Of a stretch of 64,000 bases of DNA, positions 42,463-51,932 are shown piece by piece. How positions within the stretch are numbered: the stretch's first letter is position 1; each line of letters opens with the position of its first letter. Made by a program: the position numbers and the translations under genes. The notes under the pieces were generated by a model. The model was not told where the DNA came from and ran no database searches. It saw only the letters and a program-made list of their open reading frames with translations. Source of the DNA: Candidatus Limnocylindrales bacterium (GTDB lineage: Bacteria; Chloroflexota; Limnocylindria; Limnocylindrales; CSP1-4); NCBI GenBank assembly GCA_036002405.1, contig DASYTK010000006.1, positions 2,013 through 66,012 of the forward strand. The letters are read 5' to 3'.

Positions 42463-43421
42463 ATCCGCCCCGCATCCCTGTCTGGCGCCGACGATGCCAA
42501 CCGCTCGTCGAGGCGGTCGCGGAGCCGTTCCTCGAGCTGTGCGGCATCGGGCAGGCCCGCGAGCCCCACCCGTTCGATCCCCAGCGTCGCGACAAGCGCC
42601 GCGAGCTGGAGCGCCCGTCCTACGGGGACGCGCCCCGACCCGAACGGTCCGTCCTCGAGGCACGCGACGAGCAGCGTCGTGAGGAACGAGTCCCCCGCTC
42701 CCACGAGGTCCCCGATCCGCCGGGCTGGCACCGCCGGCACGCGCCGGACCGAGAAGCCTTCGTGGCGACGGCGCAGAAGCAGCGCCCCGCGCTCGCCGGC
42801 CGTGATCGCCAGCTCGCGCCCGACGACCGGGACGAGCTCCCCCAGCGCCGCACCGCCCGCCCGAAGGTCCTCGCGGCTGACTCCGCCCAGGTCGGCCCGG
42901 GCAAAGAGCGGTCGGGGCAGGACCGGGCGTGGAACGACGACCGCGCCCGGTTCGAGCCGCCGGAGCAGTCCCTGCCAGGCGAGCCCAACAAAGGCCTCGC
43001 TCGGCACGGACGCCGCCCAGCGGTCGTCGAGCTCATCCGCGACCGGCGCGAGGAGGAACGCCGGCGCACCTCGCCAGTCCGAGGGCAGGGCCGACGGCTC
43101 GATCGGATCGCTCAGGCCGGCGCAGGTCTGCCGCCGGCCGGCCGGCGTTTCCCGGTTCTCGAAGATCGGGCCCCGCGAGAGGGCCACCGTCCGGACCTCA
43201 ACGCCGGCCCGGGCGAGGAGCTCGAGCTCGTCCGCCTGGCGGGCCGCGGGATCGAGCCCGATGAGCGCGCCGACCCGGGCTCCCATCCGTCCCGCGAGCA
43301 GCGCGCCGTATGAGACCCCGCCGCCGAGCCGCCAGCCTCGTGGATCGGACTCGTCGATGTCGCGCGCCGCCGCGCCGACGACGACGAGCTGGGGCGTCCC
43401 CTCCCCCATCTGCCGCGTCAC
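42459..43421 (-). CDS. PfkB-family carbohydrate/nucleoside kinase
   Basis: 320 aa. Motifs: VVVGAAARD...GGGVSYGA, and C-terminal DLVGAGDSFLTTLL (PfkB signature 2). Convergent 4-nt CTAG stop overlap with mrfB. Confidence 0.75.
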   Translation of the reverse strand: MTRQMGEGTPQLVVVGAAARDIDESDPRGWRLGGGVSYGALLAGRMGARVGALIGLDPAARQADELELLARAGVEVRTVALSRGPIFENRETPAGRRQTCAGLSDPIEPSALPSDWRGAPAFLLAPVADELDDRWAASVPSEAFVGLAWQGLLRRLEPGAVVVPRPVLPRPLFARADLGGVSREDLRAGGAALGELVPVVGRELAITAGERGALLLRRRHEGFSVRRVPAVPARRIGDLVGAGDSFLTTLLVACLEDGPFGSGRVPVGRALQLAALVATLGIERVGLAGLPDAAQLEERLRDRLDERLASSAPDRDAGRI

Positions 43422-43501
43422 GGCTATCCTCTCGACGGGGTCCCCGAGCTCGAGGGCGAACGCCCGCGGAGGCCGGAGACCGCGGCGAGGGAGGTCGCGC
43501 G

Positions 43502-43873
43502 GTGTATTTCTACGAGCTCCACGAGGGTGACGAGGAGGTCTTCAGCGACGTCCTCCTCGCGCATGAGCGGGAGTTCGACGAGGCCGAGTTCCTCGACCTC
43601 GTCCTGGATGCGCGGCGCGAGGTTCTCGGGCGGTTCGAGGAGGACACACTGGTCGAGGCGATCGCGAACGAGCTCGAGGATCGCCACGGCTTCCTCCACA
43701 TCGACGACACCAGGCTCCGCGTCTCGGTGGACGTCTCGGCCGAGGAGGGCGAGACGGCCGTCACCCCGGCCGACGAGCGGACGCCCCAGGGCGAGGTCGT
43801 CGGGGACGAACACTACCGCAGCCTGGTCATCGACATGGATCCGGACGACGAGGCTCGCGGCCCCGTCCACTGA
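43502..43873 (+). CDS. Hypothetical acidic protein
   Basis: Within ORF 43310..43873. GTG 43502 is preceded by GGGAGG with a 7-nt spacer. Sequence VYFYELHEGDEEVFSDVLLAHEREFDEAEFLDLVLD... No family recognised. Confidence 0.4.
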   Translation: MYFYELHEGDEEVFSDVLLAHEREFDEAEFLDLVLDARREVLGRFEEDTLVEAIANELEDRHGFLHIDDTRLRVSVDVSAEEGETAVTPADERTPQGEVVGDEHYRSLVIDMDPDDEARGPVH

Positions 43874-43929
43874 GAGGTCCCCCCGAGCCTGCGCGAGGGC
43901 CCGGTGTCGGCGTCTCAGACGTTGGCGTC

Positions 43930-45033
43930 TCAAACGTTAAAGAGGATCTCGATCACGTCGCCGTCGCGGACCCGGTAGCCCTTCCCCTCCGAGCGCAGCT
44001 TCCCGTGCCGCCGTGCTTCGGCCGTCGAGCCGAGCGCGAGCAGCTCCTCGACGGGGACGACCTCTGCGCGGATGAAGCCGCGCGCCAGATCGGTGTGGAT
44101 CTGTGCCGCGGCGTCGAGCGCGGTTGAACCCTCGGAGAGCGTCCAGGCACGCGTCTCGTCCGGGCCGACGGTGAAGAAGCTGATCAGGCCGAGGAGCGCA
44201 TAGCTCAGCCGGATCACCCGATCCAGGCTGGATCCGCTCAGCCCCAGCTCCTCGCGAAAGGCGGTCGCGCTGGCCGGATCGAGTTCGCCGATCTCCATCT
44301 CGATGCGAGCCGAGAGGCCGTCGATCGTCGTCGCCTCGTGGACGTACCGGTCGCGCAGGCCCCCGACGAGCGAGTCGAGCCTCTCGAGATCGGCCTCGCC
44401 GACGTTGAGGAGGACGAGGACGGGCTTCTGGGTGAGGAAGCGGAAACCTCGGACGGGCTTCGCCTCGTCCTCGGTCAGTCGGAGATCGCGGACCGGCCGG
44501 CCCTCGCCGAGCGCTTCGACGATCCGCTCGAGGACAGCCAGCTCACGCTCGTTCGCCTCGCGCTCAGCCGGCGAACCGTGGCGCCCCCCGCTGCGCAGCT
44601 TCTCGACCCTGGCCTGGGCCACGGCGAGGTCGGCGAGCGTGAACTCGAGGTCGAGCTGCTCGAGGTCGCGCCAGGCGTCGACCCCGCCGAGCGGGTGCGG
44701 GACGGAGGGGTCCTCGAACGCCCGCACGGTGTGCAGCAGGGCATCCGCGGTGCGCAGGTGCGAGAGCTCCTCGGCCGGGATCTCGGGCGGGGCCGCCGCG
44801 TCCAAGGGCGGCGTCGGCGGCGCCGGAAGGTCGAGGTAGGTCACGTCGGCCGGCACCTCGCGCTTCGGGTGGAACAGTTCCGTCAGCCGCTCGAGCCGGG
44901 CGTCGGGGACCTTGACGACACCCACGTGGACCGTCAGGCCGCCATATCCGCCGGTCTCGGCGTGACCGCGGGTGAGCGTGTTGAAGACCGTGGTCTTGCC
45001 CGACCCGGCGAGGCCGACGATCGCGATCCGCAC
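43930..45033 (-). CDS. ychF: Ribosome-binding ATPase YchF (Obg-like GTPase family)
   Basis: 367 aa. G1 motif IVGLAGSGKTTVFNTLT. C-terminal YchF/TGS-like FIRAEVVPVEELLALGS...GKLRSEGKGYRVRDGDVIEILFNV. Confidence 0.85.
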   Translation of the reverse strand: MRIAIVGLAGSGKTTVFNTLTRGHAETGGYGGLTVHVGVVKVPDARLERLTELFHPKREVPADVTYLDLPAPPTPPLDAAAPPEIPAEELSHLRTADALLHTVRAFEDPSVPHPLGGVDAWRDLEQLDLEFTLADLAVAQARVEKLRSGGRHGSPAEREANERELAVLERIVEALGEGRPVRDLRLTEDEAKPVRGFRFLTQKPVLVLLNVGEADLERLDSLVGGLRDRYVHEATTIDGLSARIEMEIGELDPASATAFREELGLSGSSLDRVIRLSYALLGLISFFTVGPDETRAWTLSEGSTALDAAAQIHTDLARGFIRAEVVPVEELLALGSTAEARRHGKLRSEGKGYRVRDGDVIEILFNV

Positions 45034-45076
45034 CCGGGCTCAGCCGGCGCGATCGGGGCGGCTGCTCCCGCCCGGC

Positions 45077-46204
45077 TCAGTAGCCACGCTCGGGGTCGAC
45101 GACGTTGAGGAGCGGCTCGCCCCGCCGGAACCGCTCGAGATTCGTGCAGAAGAGCTCGATGCTGCCGTCGAGGACGCGGCCGCTCGACCATGCCGTGTGG
45201 GGTGTGATGATCAAGTTCGGCAGCTCGTAGAGCGCCGAGTCGGAGGGCAGCGGTTCCTCCCGGAACGCATCGAGGACCGCGCCGCCGATCATCCCCTCCC
45301 GAAGCGCTCGGGCGAGAGCCCGCTCGTCGACCAGCGCCCCGCGCGCGATGTTGATCAGCCAGGCAGTCCGCTTCATCCGGCCCAGGGTCTGGCCGTCGAA
45401 GAGGTCCTCCGTCTCAGGCGTGAGGGGCAGGGCGAGGACGACGAAGTCACTCGCGGTGAGGAGGTCCGGGAGGCGGTCGGCGGGCAGCACCTCGATCCCT
45501 CGCTCGGCCGGCGCAGCCTGAACGTCTCGGCCAGCCTCGCCCTCGCCTGCGAGCGGCTCCGCGTTCGCCTCCCTGGCAGCCCTCGCGCCTGGCCCCCCGC
45601 TCGCCCGGCGCCGCGTGGCGAGGATCCGGCAGCCGAAGGGGACGGCCAGCTCGGCCACGGCCCCCCCGATCGAGCCCAGGCCGACGATCCCGATCGTCAC
45701 GTCCCGCAACTCGACCGCCTCGAGGGGCTGCCAGGTCCGCTCTCGCTGGAGCTCGAGGAGGTGGGGCAGCCTGCGGCTGATCGCCAGGATCATCGTGAGC
45801 ACGTACTCGGCGATCGGCCGGCTGAAGACGCCACGGGCGTTCGTGATCGTCAGTCCCCGCTCCCGGGCCGCGGGTGTCAGGACGCGCTCGACCCCCGCCG
45901 TCGCCGAGTGGACCCAGGTCAGCCGGTGGCAGCGAGCCAGGACGCGGTCGAAGACGGCGGCCGGCATCGGGCCGCGCAGGAACGCCTCCACGTCCGAGAG
46001 GTCACCGTCGGCGAGTCCCTCGAGCGAGACGTGGACGATCCTCGCCCCCGGGGCAGCGGCGTGGATCCGCTCGAGATCACGCTCGCGATACCTGGCCGAG
46101 AGGATCGGCGAGACGGCGATCGCGGCCGGCCGCTCCGAAGAGCCGGACGACCCCCCGGCCGTCGCCTCGGCGGCGTCGGGCGAGCTCGATCCCGACCCGC
46201 TCAC
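45077..46204 (-). CDS. D-isomer-specific 2-hydroxyacid dehydrogenase family protein
   Basis: ORF 45077..46312 trimmed to GTG 46204..46202 (GTGA overlap with the upstream stop). Motifs: GIVGLGSIGGAVA, WLINIARGALVDE, ITPHTAW. Confidence 0.85.
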   Translation of the reverse strand: MSGSGSSSPDAAEATAGGSSGSSERPAAIAVSPILSARYRERDLERIHAAAPGARIVHVSLEGLADGDLSDVEAFLRGPMPAAVFDRVLARCHRLTWVHSATAGVERVLTPAARERGLTITNARGVFSRPIAEYVLTMILAISRRLPHLLELQRERTWQPLEAVELRDVTIGIVGLGSIGGAVAELAVPFGCRILATRRRASGGPGARAAREANAEPLAGEGEAGRDVQAAPAERGIEVLPADRLPDLLTASDFVVLALPLTPETEDLFDGQTLGRMKRTAWLINIARGALVDERALARALREGMIGGAVLDAFREEPLPSDSALYELPNLIITPHTAWSSGRVLDGSIELFCTNLERFRRGEPLLNVVDPERGY

Positions 46205-47418
46205 GCCGGCCGGGCTCCCGGAGCGGCCACCGTCCCCGGCGCGACGCGCCGGAGCCAGGCGACTGGGTCGCTCATCTCTTCCTCGCTCGGCAGCGCCTCG
46301 GGCCCCTGCCACAATCGCGCCACGGCATGGCGGCCGCCGGCCGCGGCGACACCGGCCACGAAGCGCTCGCCACGGCGGTATTGCTCGATCTTCAGGTCGA
46401 GCCCGGTGAGCCGCGCGATCAGCCGGTCGAGGCCCTTCCGACGCTGGTTTCGACGCGCCTCGAAGCGAGCGCGGATGAGCGGGATGTCCTCGATCAGCTC
46501 GTGACCCGCCTCATCCATCACCCAGTCGCTGAACCCTTCGAGCAGGCTCATCACGCGCTGCGTCTCGGCCAGGAGCCGACGCTGCTCGGTCCCCAGGAAT
46601 CCCTCGAGAAAGTGTCCGTCCTCGCCCCGGCGGAAGGCGCGCACGAGTCGCGCCAGCCCCTCGACCTGGAGGGCCTGCGCCTCGCGCGCGAAGGCGGCGA
46701 GCTGTCGCTCGAGCCGCTCGGCGAGGTAGCGGCGGAGCCAGGGATGGCCCTCGAGCTCGAACGCGTGTGTCGTCTCGTGGAGGCAGATCCAGACGCGGAA
46801 GTCATCCGGCGGAACGCCCAACGCCGCCGCCGTCGTGCGGATGTTCTCCTCGACGAAGAGGAGCCGTCCGGGCGATCCCTCGGCCGAGAGGAGCGCGACG
46901 TCGTACTGCCCAAGGACCCGGCTGCCGAGGTACGACAGGAGGAAGGCGATCTGGCGCGTCGTGATGAAGCGGTTCGCAAGGTGAGCGATGCTCTCTCCGA
47001 CGGTCGGCTCTCCGTCTGGGCGAAGGAGGTCGTTCTCGAGCCGGCCGATGAGCTGCCGAAAGGTCCCCAGGTTCGCTCGCGCCCAGCCGGCCCGGTCGAC
47101 GACCTCATGGCGCTCGACGACACCGGGCAGGGGCTGGCCCAGGTGGTCTTCGAGGAGCGGGACGATCCGAGCCATCGCCGAGGCATAAGCGGGCCCGGCC
47201 GCGCGCAACTCGTGCGCGGGCAGTGCGCCGGGCGAGCGGCGGAGCCGCTCGACGGCGATCTGCTCGGCCTGCCCCCAATCGACGAGACCGCCGCCCCGGG
47301 CGGCCCGCCGCGCGCGCTGGCCGATGATCCCGACCGCGAGCCCGAGGAGCGCTCCGAAGGCGAGCCCCACCTGCCAGCCCCGATCGACCGGACGCTGCCG
47401 GCCATGGAGAGCGGCCAT
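46201..47418 (-). CDS. Zinc-dependent metalloprotease, DUF2342 family
   Basis: 405 aa. HExxH as ICLHETTHAFE. Family-typical N-terminus VDWGQAEQIA and LLEGFSDWVMD. Confidence 0.7.
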   Translation of the reverse strand: MAALHGRQRPVDRGWQVGLAFGALLGLAVGIIGQRARRAARGGGLVDWGQAEQIAVERLRRSPGALPAHELRAAGPAYASAMARIVPLLEDHLGQPLPGVVERHEVVDRAGWARANLGTFRQLIGRLENDLLRPDGEPTVGESIAHLANRFITTRQIAFLLSYLGSRVLGQYDVALLSAEGSPGRLLFVEENIRTTAAALGVPPDDFRVWICLHETTHAFELEGHPWLRRYLAERLERQLAAFAREAQALQVEGLARLVRAFRRGEDGHFLEGFLGTEQRRLLAETQRVMSLLEGFSDWVMDEAGHELIEDIPLIRARFEARRNQRRKGLDRLIARLTGLDLKIEQYRRGERFVAGVAAAGGRHAVARLWQGPEALPSEEEMSDPVAWLRRVAPGTVAAPGARPA

Positions 47419-48275
47419 CAGGCGACGCCGGCGAGTGCGATCGGTCGCACGGAGTGGAAGCCGTCGCCGAAGAGCCGCTCGGCCGTCCGCTCGAAGGCGG
47501 CGACCTCCCCGGTCGTCAGCTGAGCATGCGTTGGGCGGGCATCATCGGGTGCCTCGAGCCCGGACACAGCCAGGAGCTCGGCGAGGGCGCTGGCCGTCGC
47601 CGAGGCCGAGTCGATCACGGCCACTTCCGGCCCGACGACCTCCTTGATGAGCGGTCCCAGTAGCGGATAGTGGGTGCAGCCGAGCAGGAGGACGTCGATG
47701 GGGCCGCGAAGCGGCCTCCCTCCGACGGTGGGGCTCCGGTAGTCGAGATCGCCCAACAGGGGGGCGAGCGAGCCACGGACCGCGGCCTCCACCTCCGGGC
47801 CCTCCAGGCGCCCCGCCTCGACGAGGGGCACCAGGTCGGGCGTCGCGTGCTCGTAGACCTCGACGCGGGGATCCTCGTCCCTGATGGCCCGGAAATAGGC
47901 TCCCGAGCGAACCGTGGCAGGGGTCGCGATGACGCCGACCCGGCCGCTCCTCGTCGCCAGGGCTGCGGCCGCCGCGCCAGGTCGGACGACCCCCAGGACG
48001 GGTACGTCGTAGCGGCGCCGCGCCTCGGCCAGTGCGACGGAACTCGTCGTGTTGCAGGCCACGACGAGCGCCTTCACGTCACGGGAGGTGAGTTCGTCGA
48101 GGCACTCGAGGCTGAATCTCCGGACCTCCTCGTCCGGCCGAGTGCCGTAGGGGGTCCGGGCGTTGTCGCCGAGGTAGACGGTCGACTCGGCGGGCAGGCG
48201 GCGAATGACCTCGCGCAGTACGGTCAGCCCTCCGACGCCCGAGTCGAACAGGCCGATCGGCCGCGGATCAGTCAC
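47418..48275 (-). CDS. murI: Glutamate racemase
   Basis: 285 aa. Motifs: IGLFDSGVGGLTVLRE, VVACNTTS, LLLGCTHYP. Confidence 0.9.
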   Translation of the reverse strand: MTDPRPIGLFDSGVGGLTVLREVIRRLPAESTVYLGDNARTPYGTRPDEEVRRFSLECLDELTSRDVKALVVACNTTSSVALAEARRRYDVPVLGVVRPGAAAAALATRSGRVGVIATPATVRSGAYFRAIRDEDPRVEVYEHATPDLVPLVEAGRLEGPEVEAAVRGSLAPLLGDLDYRSPTVGGRPLRGPIDVLLLGCTHYPLLGPLIKEVVGPEVAVIDSASATASALAELLAVSGLEAPDDARPTHAQLTTGEVAAFERTAERLFGDGFHSVRPIALAGVA

Positions 48276-48304
48276 CGGCCATCCGAATTCAGCGCGGGGC
48301 GCCG

Positions 48305-49453
48305 TCAGCGCCGCGCACCGGCGGCGACCTTGCCCTCGGCGCCGGTGAGCGAGGTGGCGATCCGGCCGATGTCGCGGCTCACCGCGGCCGCGGGATCGGT
48401 GAGCACGAAGGGCATCCCCTGGTTGTTCGCCTCGACGACGAGTCGCCCATCGCTGGAGACCGAGTGCACAGGTGCCTTGCCAAGGACCTGCTCGACCTGG
48501 GCCGGGTCGATCCCGCCCGAGTCGGCGCGGTTCAGCAGGTACTCGAGCTTCGCGGCGGAATATCCGATCGCCTTGAACATCTCCCGCGTCGCCCGGGCGT
48601 TGTGGAGCGTCGGGTACTCGGCATTGACGATCTGAAGGATCACATCGCTCTGGTCGAGGAAGGTGAGGACGACGTCGCTGAGCCCGCTCGGGGTATCGAT
48701 CAGGACGTAGCGGTATACCCGTCGAAGCAGCGACAGGACCTTGTCGACGTCGCGGGTCGTGACCATCTCGGCCATCTCGGGGCGCGGCGGCGCGAGCAGG
48801 ATGTCGATTCCCGAGGGGTCCCGCCAGAGGACCTCGGAGAGATCCCCCTCGGCGATCCGGTCGGTCGGGAGGTCCAGGATCGAGGGCGCATCGAGCGGCA
48901 CCTTCAGGAGCGCGCGCAGGTCGGCGAACTGGAAGCTGCCGTCGACGAGGACCGTCGGCTCACCGCCCTGGTGGAGCGCCACGGCGAGGTTGAAGGCGAG
49001 GGTCGTCCGTCCCACACCGCCCTTCGAGGCGAAGACGCTCACGACCTTCGAGCGGGCCTGGACGGAGGTCGCCTCCCAGGCCGCCACCGCCTGCTGGAGG
49101 AGGTTGATCAGCTCGTAGCCGCTGAAGGGCATCTTCAAGACGTGGTCGACGCCTCGGGCCTGATCGATCTCGACAGGGTTCTGGGGGACGGTCACCACGA
49201 CGATCGGGATGGGCACCCCGCTGCGCCGGACCTGCTCCGCGACCTGCAGGCCCCGGACTTTGCCCTGGAGGAGCGCATCGACCATCAGGACGTCGGGCCG
49301 GAGCTGCGATACCTGTTCGGCGACGCGCCGCCCGTCGGTCAGGACGTCGAGGATGCGGACCTGCTGCTGCGCGCTGAGCAGGTCTCGCACGTACTGCGCC
49401 ACCTGCGGCACGTCCTCGACGAGGAGGAGCCGGATCTGGCTGGCGCTGGACAC
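48305..49453 (-). CDS. Response-regulator receiver domain fused to a TadZ/CpaE-type (MinD/ParA-like) ATPase, orphan paralogue
   Basis: ORF 48305..49756 trimmed to GTG 49453..49451, 8 nt after the methyltransferase stop. TATAGT lies 7 nt upstream, so the transcript may be leaderless. REC: IRLLLVEDV, DVLMVDALL, KMPF. Walker A FASKGGVGRTTLAFN. Collinear with the 15393..16580 protein. Confidence 0.8.
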   Translation of the reverse strand: MSSASQIRLLLVEDVPQVAQYVRDLLSAQQQVRILDVLTDGRRVAEQVSQLRPDVLMVDALLQGKVRGLQVAEQVRRSGVPIPIVVVTVPQNPVEIDQARGVDHVLKMPFSGYELINLLQQAVAAWEATSVQARSKVVSVFASKGGVGRTTLAFNLAVALHQGGEPTVLVDGSFQFADLRALLKVPLDAPSILDLPTDRIAEGDLSEVLWRDPSGIDILLAPPRPEMAEMVTTRDVDKVLSLLRRVYRYVLIDTPSGLSDVVLTFLDQSDVILQIVNAEYPTLHNARATREMFKAIGYSAAKLEYLLNRADSGGIDPAQVEQVLGKAPVHSVSSDGRLVVEANNQGMPFVLTDPAAAVSRDIGRIATSLTGAEGKVAAGARR

Positions 49454-49461
49454 GGCGGCGA

Positions 49462-50292
49462 CTATACCAATCCGGCCACGAGCACCGCCCGCTCGGAGCC
49501 GGGGCCGAATGGGCTCAGTGCGTGGTCGCCCGAGAGGCTCTCGACCGCCAGCCCCGCCTCCTCGGCCATCCGGACGAGCTCGTCCGCCCCGACGAGACGG
49601 AGGCGGTCGACCCGGTCGACCCTGCGGACGGGTCCTCCTTCGGCCGGCCAGACGTCGAAGACCGTCTGGAGCTCGACCATCTCGGTGGCCGCGTCGTACG
49701 TCGCGCTGGCCAGCTTCGCGACGCGCTCCCCGGTCTCCGGGTCGTCGCGGGTCCATTCGTGGACCAGCCGCCCGTCGTAGACTGCGAGGTCGTCCGGCCC
49801 GGGCAGCCAGATGTCCACGACCGCGAGCCCGCTCGGCCCAAGGTGTCGTGCCAGCGCAGCCAGGCCGGCCCGCTGCCGCCCGGGCTCGGCAAGCAGCAGG
49901 AGCGAATTCAGGGCCAGGATCGCGAGCCCGAAGCGGGATCCGAGCCCGAGCTCGGTCAGGTCCGCCTCCAGGAGCTCGAGCCGCCCCTTCGCCTCGGCAC
50001 CCGCCGCCGACCAGCGCGCCCTGGCCCGGGCAAGCGCCGCCGGGTCGTGGTCGACGCCGACGACCTCGTGACCATCAAGGGCCAGCGGGACCGCCACCCG
50101 TCCGCTACCAACGCCGAGCTCCAGGATCGGGCCGCCGGTCCGTGCGGCGAGGGCTCGATACAGCTCGACGTCGCCCGGGTCGTCGTGCAGATCGAGGTCG
50201 TAGTAACGCGCGAGCGCCTCGGCTGCCCGGCCCGGCTCGATCGCGCGATCTCGACGGGGCTTGCCTCGGCCGCGCCCCCCGGTTCGTGTCAT
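49462..50292 (-). CDS. Class I SAM-dependent methyltransferase
   Basis: 276 aa. Motif I ILELGVGSGRVAVPLA, then HEVVGVDHDPAAL. Confidence 0.8.
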   Translation of the reverse strand: MTRTGGRGRGKPRRDRAIEPGRAAEALARYYDLDLHDDPGDVELYRALAARTGGPILELGVGSGRVAVPLALDGHEVVGVDHDPAALARARARWSAAGAEAKGRLELLEADLTELGLGSRFGLAILALNSLLLLAEPGRQRAGLAALARHLGPSGLAVVDIWLPGPDDLAVYDGRLVHEWTRDDPETGERVAKLASATYDAATEMVELQTVFDVWPAEGGPVRRVDRVDRLRLVGADELVRMAEEAGLAVESLSGDHALSPFGPGSERAVLVAGLV

Positions 50293-51386
50293 CCGCCGCG
50301 GACGGCTCCGGCCGGCGTCCCGACGACGTTGCGCGCCCGCGCAGCGGCGGGCTCGTAGCGGACGGCACGGCCGGCGCGCTTCTTGAGGGCGAGGGCCGAG
50401 ATCGCCTCGAGGACCGCGCGATGCGCGGCCATCGCCGTGACTTCGGCATGGTCGTACGGTGGCGAGACCTCGACGACGTCCATCGCCGCGAGCTCGACGC
50501 TTGACGCGACGCGCCGGACCGCGCGCAGGACCTCACGAGTCAGCATCCCGCCGGGTTCGGGTGTGCCCGTACCCGGCGCCATCCCCGGGTCGATGACGTC
50601 GACGTCGAGTGAGAGGTAGATCGCGTCCGCACCTTCGAGCGCCTCGCCGATCGCGTCGTCGATCACGGCATCGATGCCCCGCTCCTCGATCTCGCCGATG
50701 ACATGCCAGCGGAAGCCTTCCGCGCGCATCCAGTCGAAGACTTCGACGCTCGGCCAGTAGCCGTGCAGCCCGACCTGAACGAAGTTGCGCCCCCGGACGG
50801 CGCCCGATTCGACGAGGCGGCGCATCGGAGTCCCGTGGCTCGCGAGGATGCCCCACTCCCCCGTCCCGGTGTCCGCATGGGCGTCGAGATGGACGATCCC
50901 GAGGGAGGCCGGGGCCCGGATCTCGGCGATCGCCGTGGCCGCGGGCCAGGTGATCGAGTGGTCGCCGCCGAGGATGAAGGGGATCGCGCCGGTCTCCGCC
51001 ACCTCACGGACCTTCCGGTAGATCATTGCGTGGCCGCGCTCCTGCCGGGCGGGCACGACGTTCGCATCGCCGGCGTCGATCCCGTCGAGGACTCGCCACG
51101 GCTCCACCTCGAGCTGGAGCGAGTGCGTGCCTTCCGTGTACGTCGCCTCGCGGATGGCGCGCGGACCGAAACGCGCCCCCGGACGATGCGTGACCGCGTC
51201 GTCGAAGGGCGCACCCACGATCGCCACGTCCGGGCGGCGCCGGCGGATCTCGGCGAGGTCCGCGACGTAGTCACGGCGGCAAAAGGTGGGCATCCCGGTA
51301 TAGCTCGGCAGGTCCTGTTCGCTGAACGTGTCGAACGGGCGGTCCCAGCCGTGCAGGGACGCGTAGTCGAGACGGTGCTGGGTCAC
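50289..51386 (-). CDS. Agmatinase/ureohydrolase (arginase family)
   Basis: 365 aa, GTG start. Mn-binding motifs GGDHSITW, VHLDAHADTG, SLDVDVIDPGMAPGTGTPEPGG. Agmatinase versus guanidino-acid hydrolase cannot be decided. Confidence 0.85.
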   Translation of the reverse strand: MTQHRLDYASLHGWDRPFDTFSEQDLPSYTGMPTFCRRDYVADLAEIRRRRPDVAIVGAPFDDAVTHRPGARFGPRAIREATYTEGTHSLQLEVEPWRVLDGIDAGDANVVPARQERGHAMIYRKVREVAETGAIPFILGGDHSITWPAATAIAEIRAPASLGIVHLDAHADTGTGEWGILASHGTPMRRLVESGAVRGRNFVQVGLHGYWPSVEVFDWMRAEGFRWHVIGEIEERGIDAVIDDAIGEALEGADAIYLSLDVDVIDPGMAPGTGTPEPGGMLTREVLRAVRRVASSVELAAMDVVEVSPPYDHAEVTAMAAHRAVLEAISALALKKRAGRAVRYEPAAARARNVVGTPAGAVRGG

Positions 51387-51516
51387 GGGAATCCTCCCGC
51401 TGGCGGCGTCGCCGGTTCCGGGCCTCGGTCCAGCAGGGCGCCGGACTCCATCGTACGCGCCGTTCCCGGCAATGCGATGGCCCGCAGGTCCTCCCCGGCC
51501 GGGCTGACCCGCCCGG

Positions 51517-51891
51517 TCAGCGCTCGACAGACAGCGTCAGCTCGACGAAGGCCACCAGGACGATGACGAAGGCGGCGAGAGCGAGGCTGAACGCACCCTG
51601 GGCGCGGAGGACGACGAAGAGCGCGACGACGAGCCCGACCCACAAGCCTCGCCTCGCCGCTCGCAGCCAATCGCCCCGATAGGCGATCCGCCGCTGGCGA
51701 CCGAAGGCAGCCAGCCAGAAGAAGGGAACGGTCGTCAGCCCCGTCGCGAGACCGAGCAGGGCGCCGCCCAGAAGCTGCGCCGGGACGTCGCCGACGGGAG
51801 AGCGGTTGACGAGGAAGAGCCCGGCGGCCGACCAGGCGAGCGCGGCAAGCCCGAAGACGGCCAGGTTCGCCAGCCGGTCCCGGGAAGCCAT
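51517..51891 (-). CDS. Hypothetical integral membrane protein (4 predicted helices)
   Basis: 124-aa ORF, ATG start, strongly hydrophobic segments. No family recognised. Confidence 0.5.
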   Translation of the reverse strand: MASRDRLANLAVFGLAALAWSAAGLFLVNRSPVGDVPAQLLGGALLGLATGLTTVPFFWLAAFGRQRRIAYRGDWLRAARRGLWVGLVVALFVVLRAQGAFSLALAAFVIVLVAFVELTLSVER

Positions 51892-51932
51892 CGGGCCGGA
51901 ATCTAGCCCGGCCTTCGCCGGCGCGACGAAGA

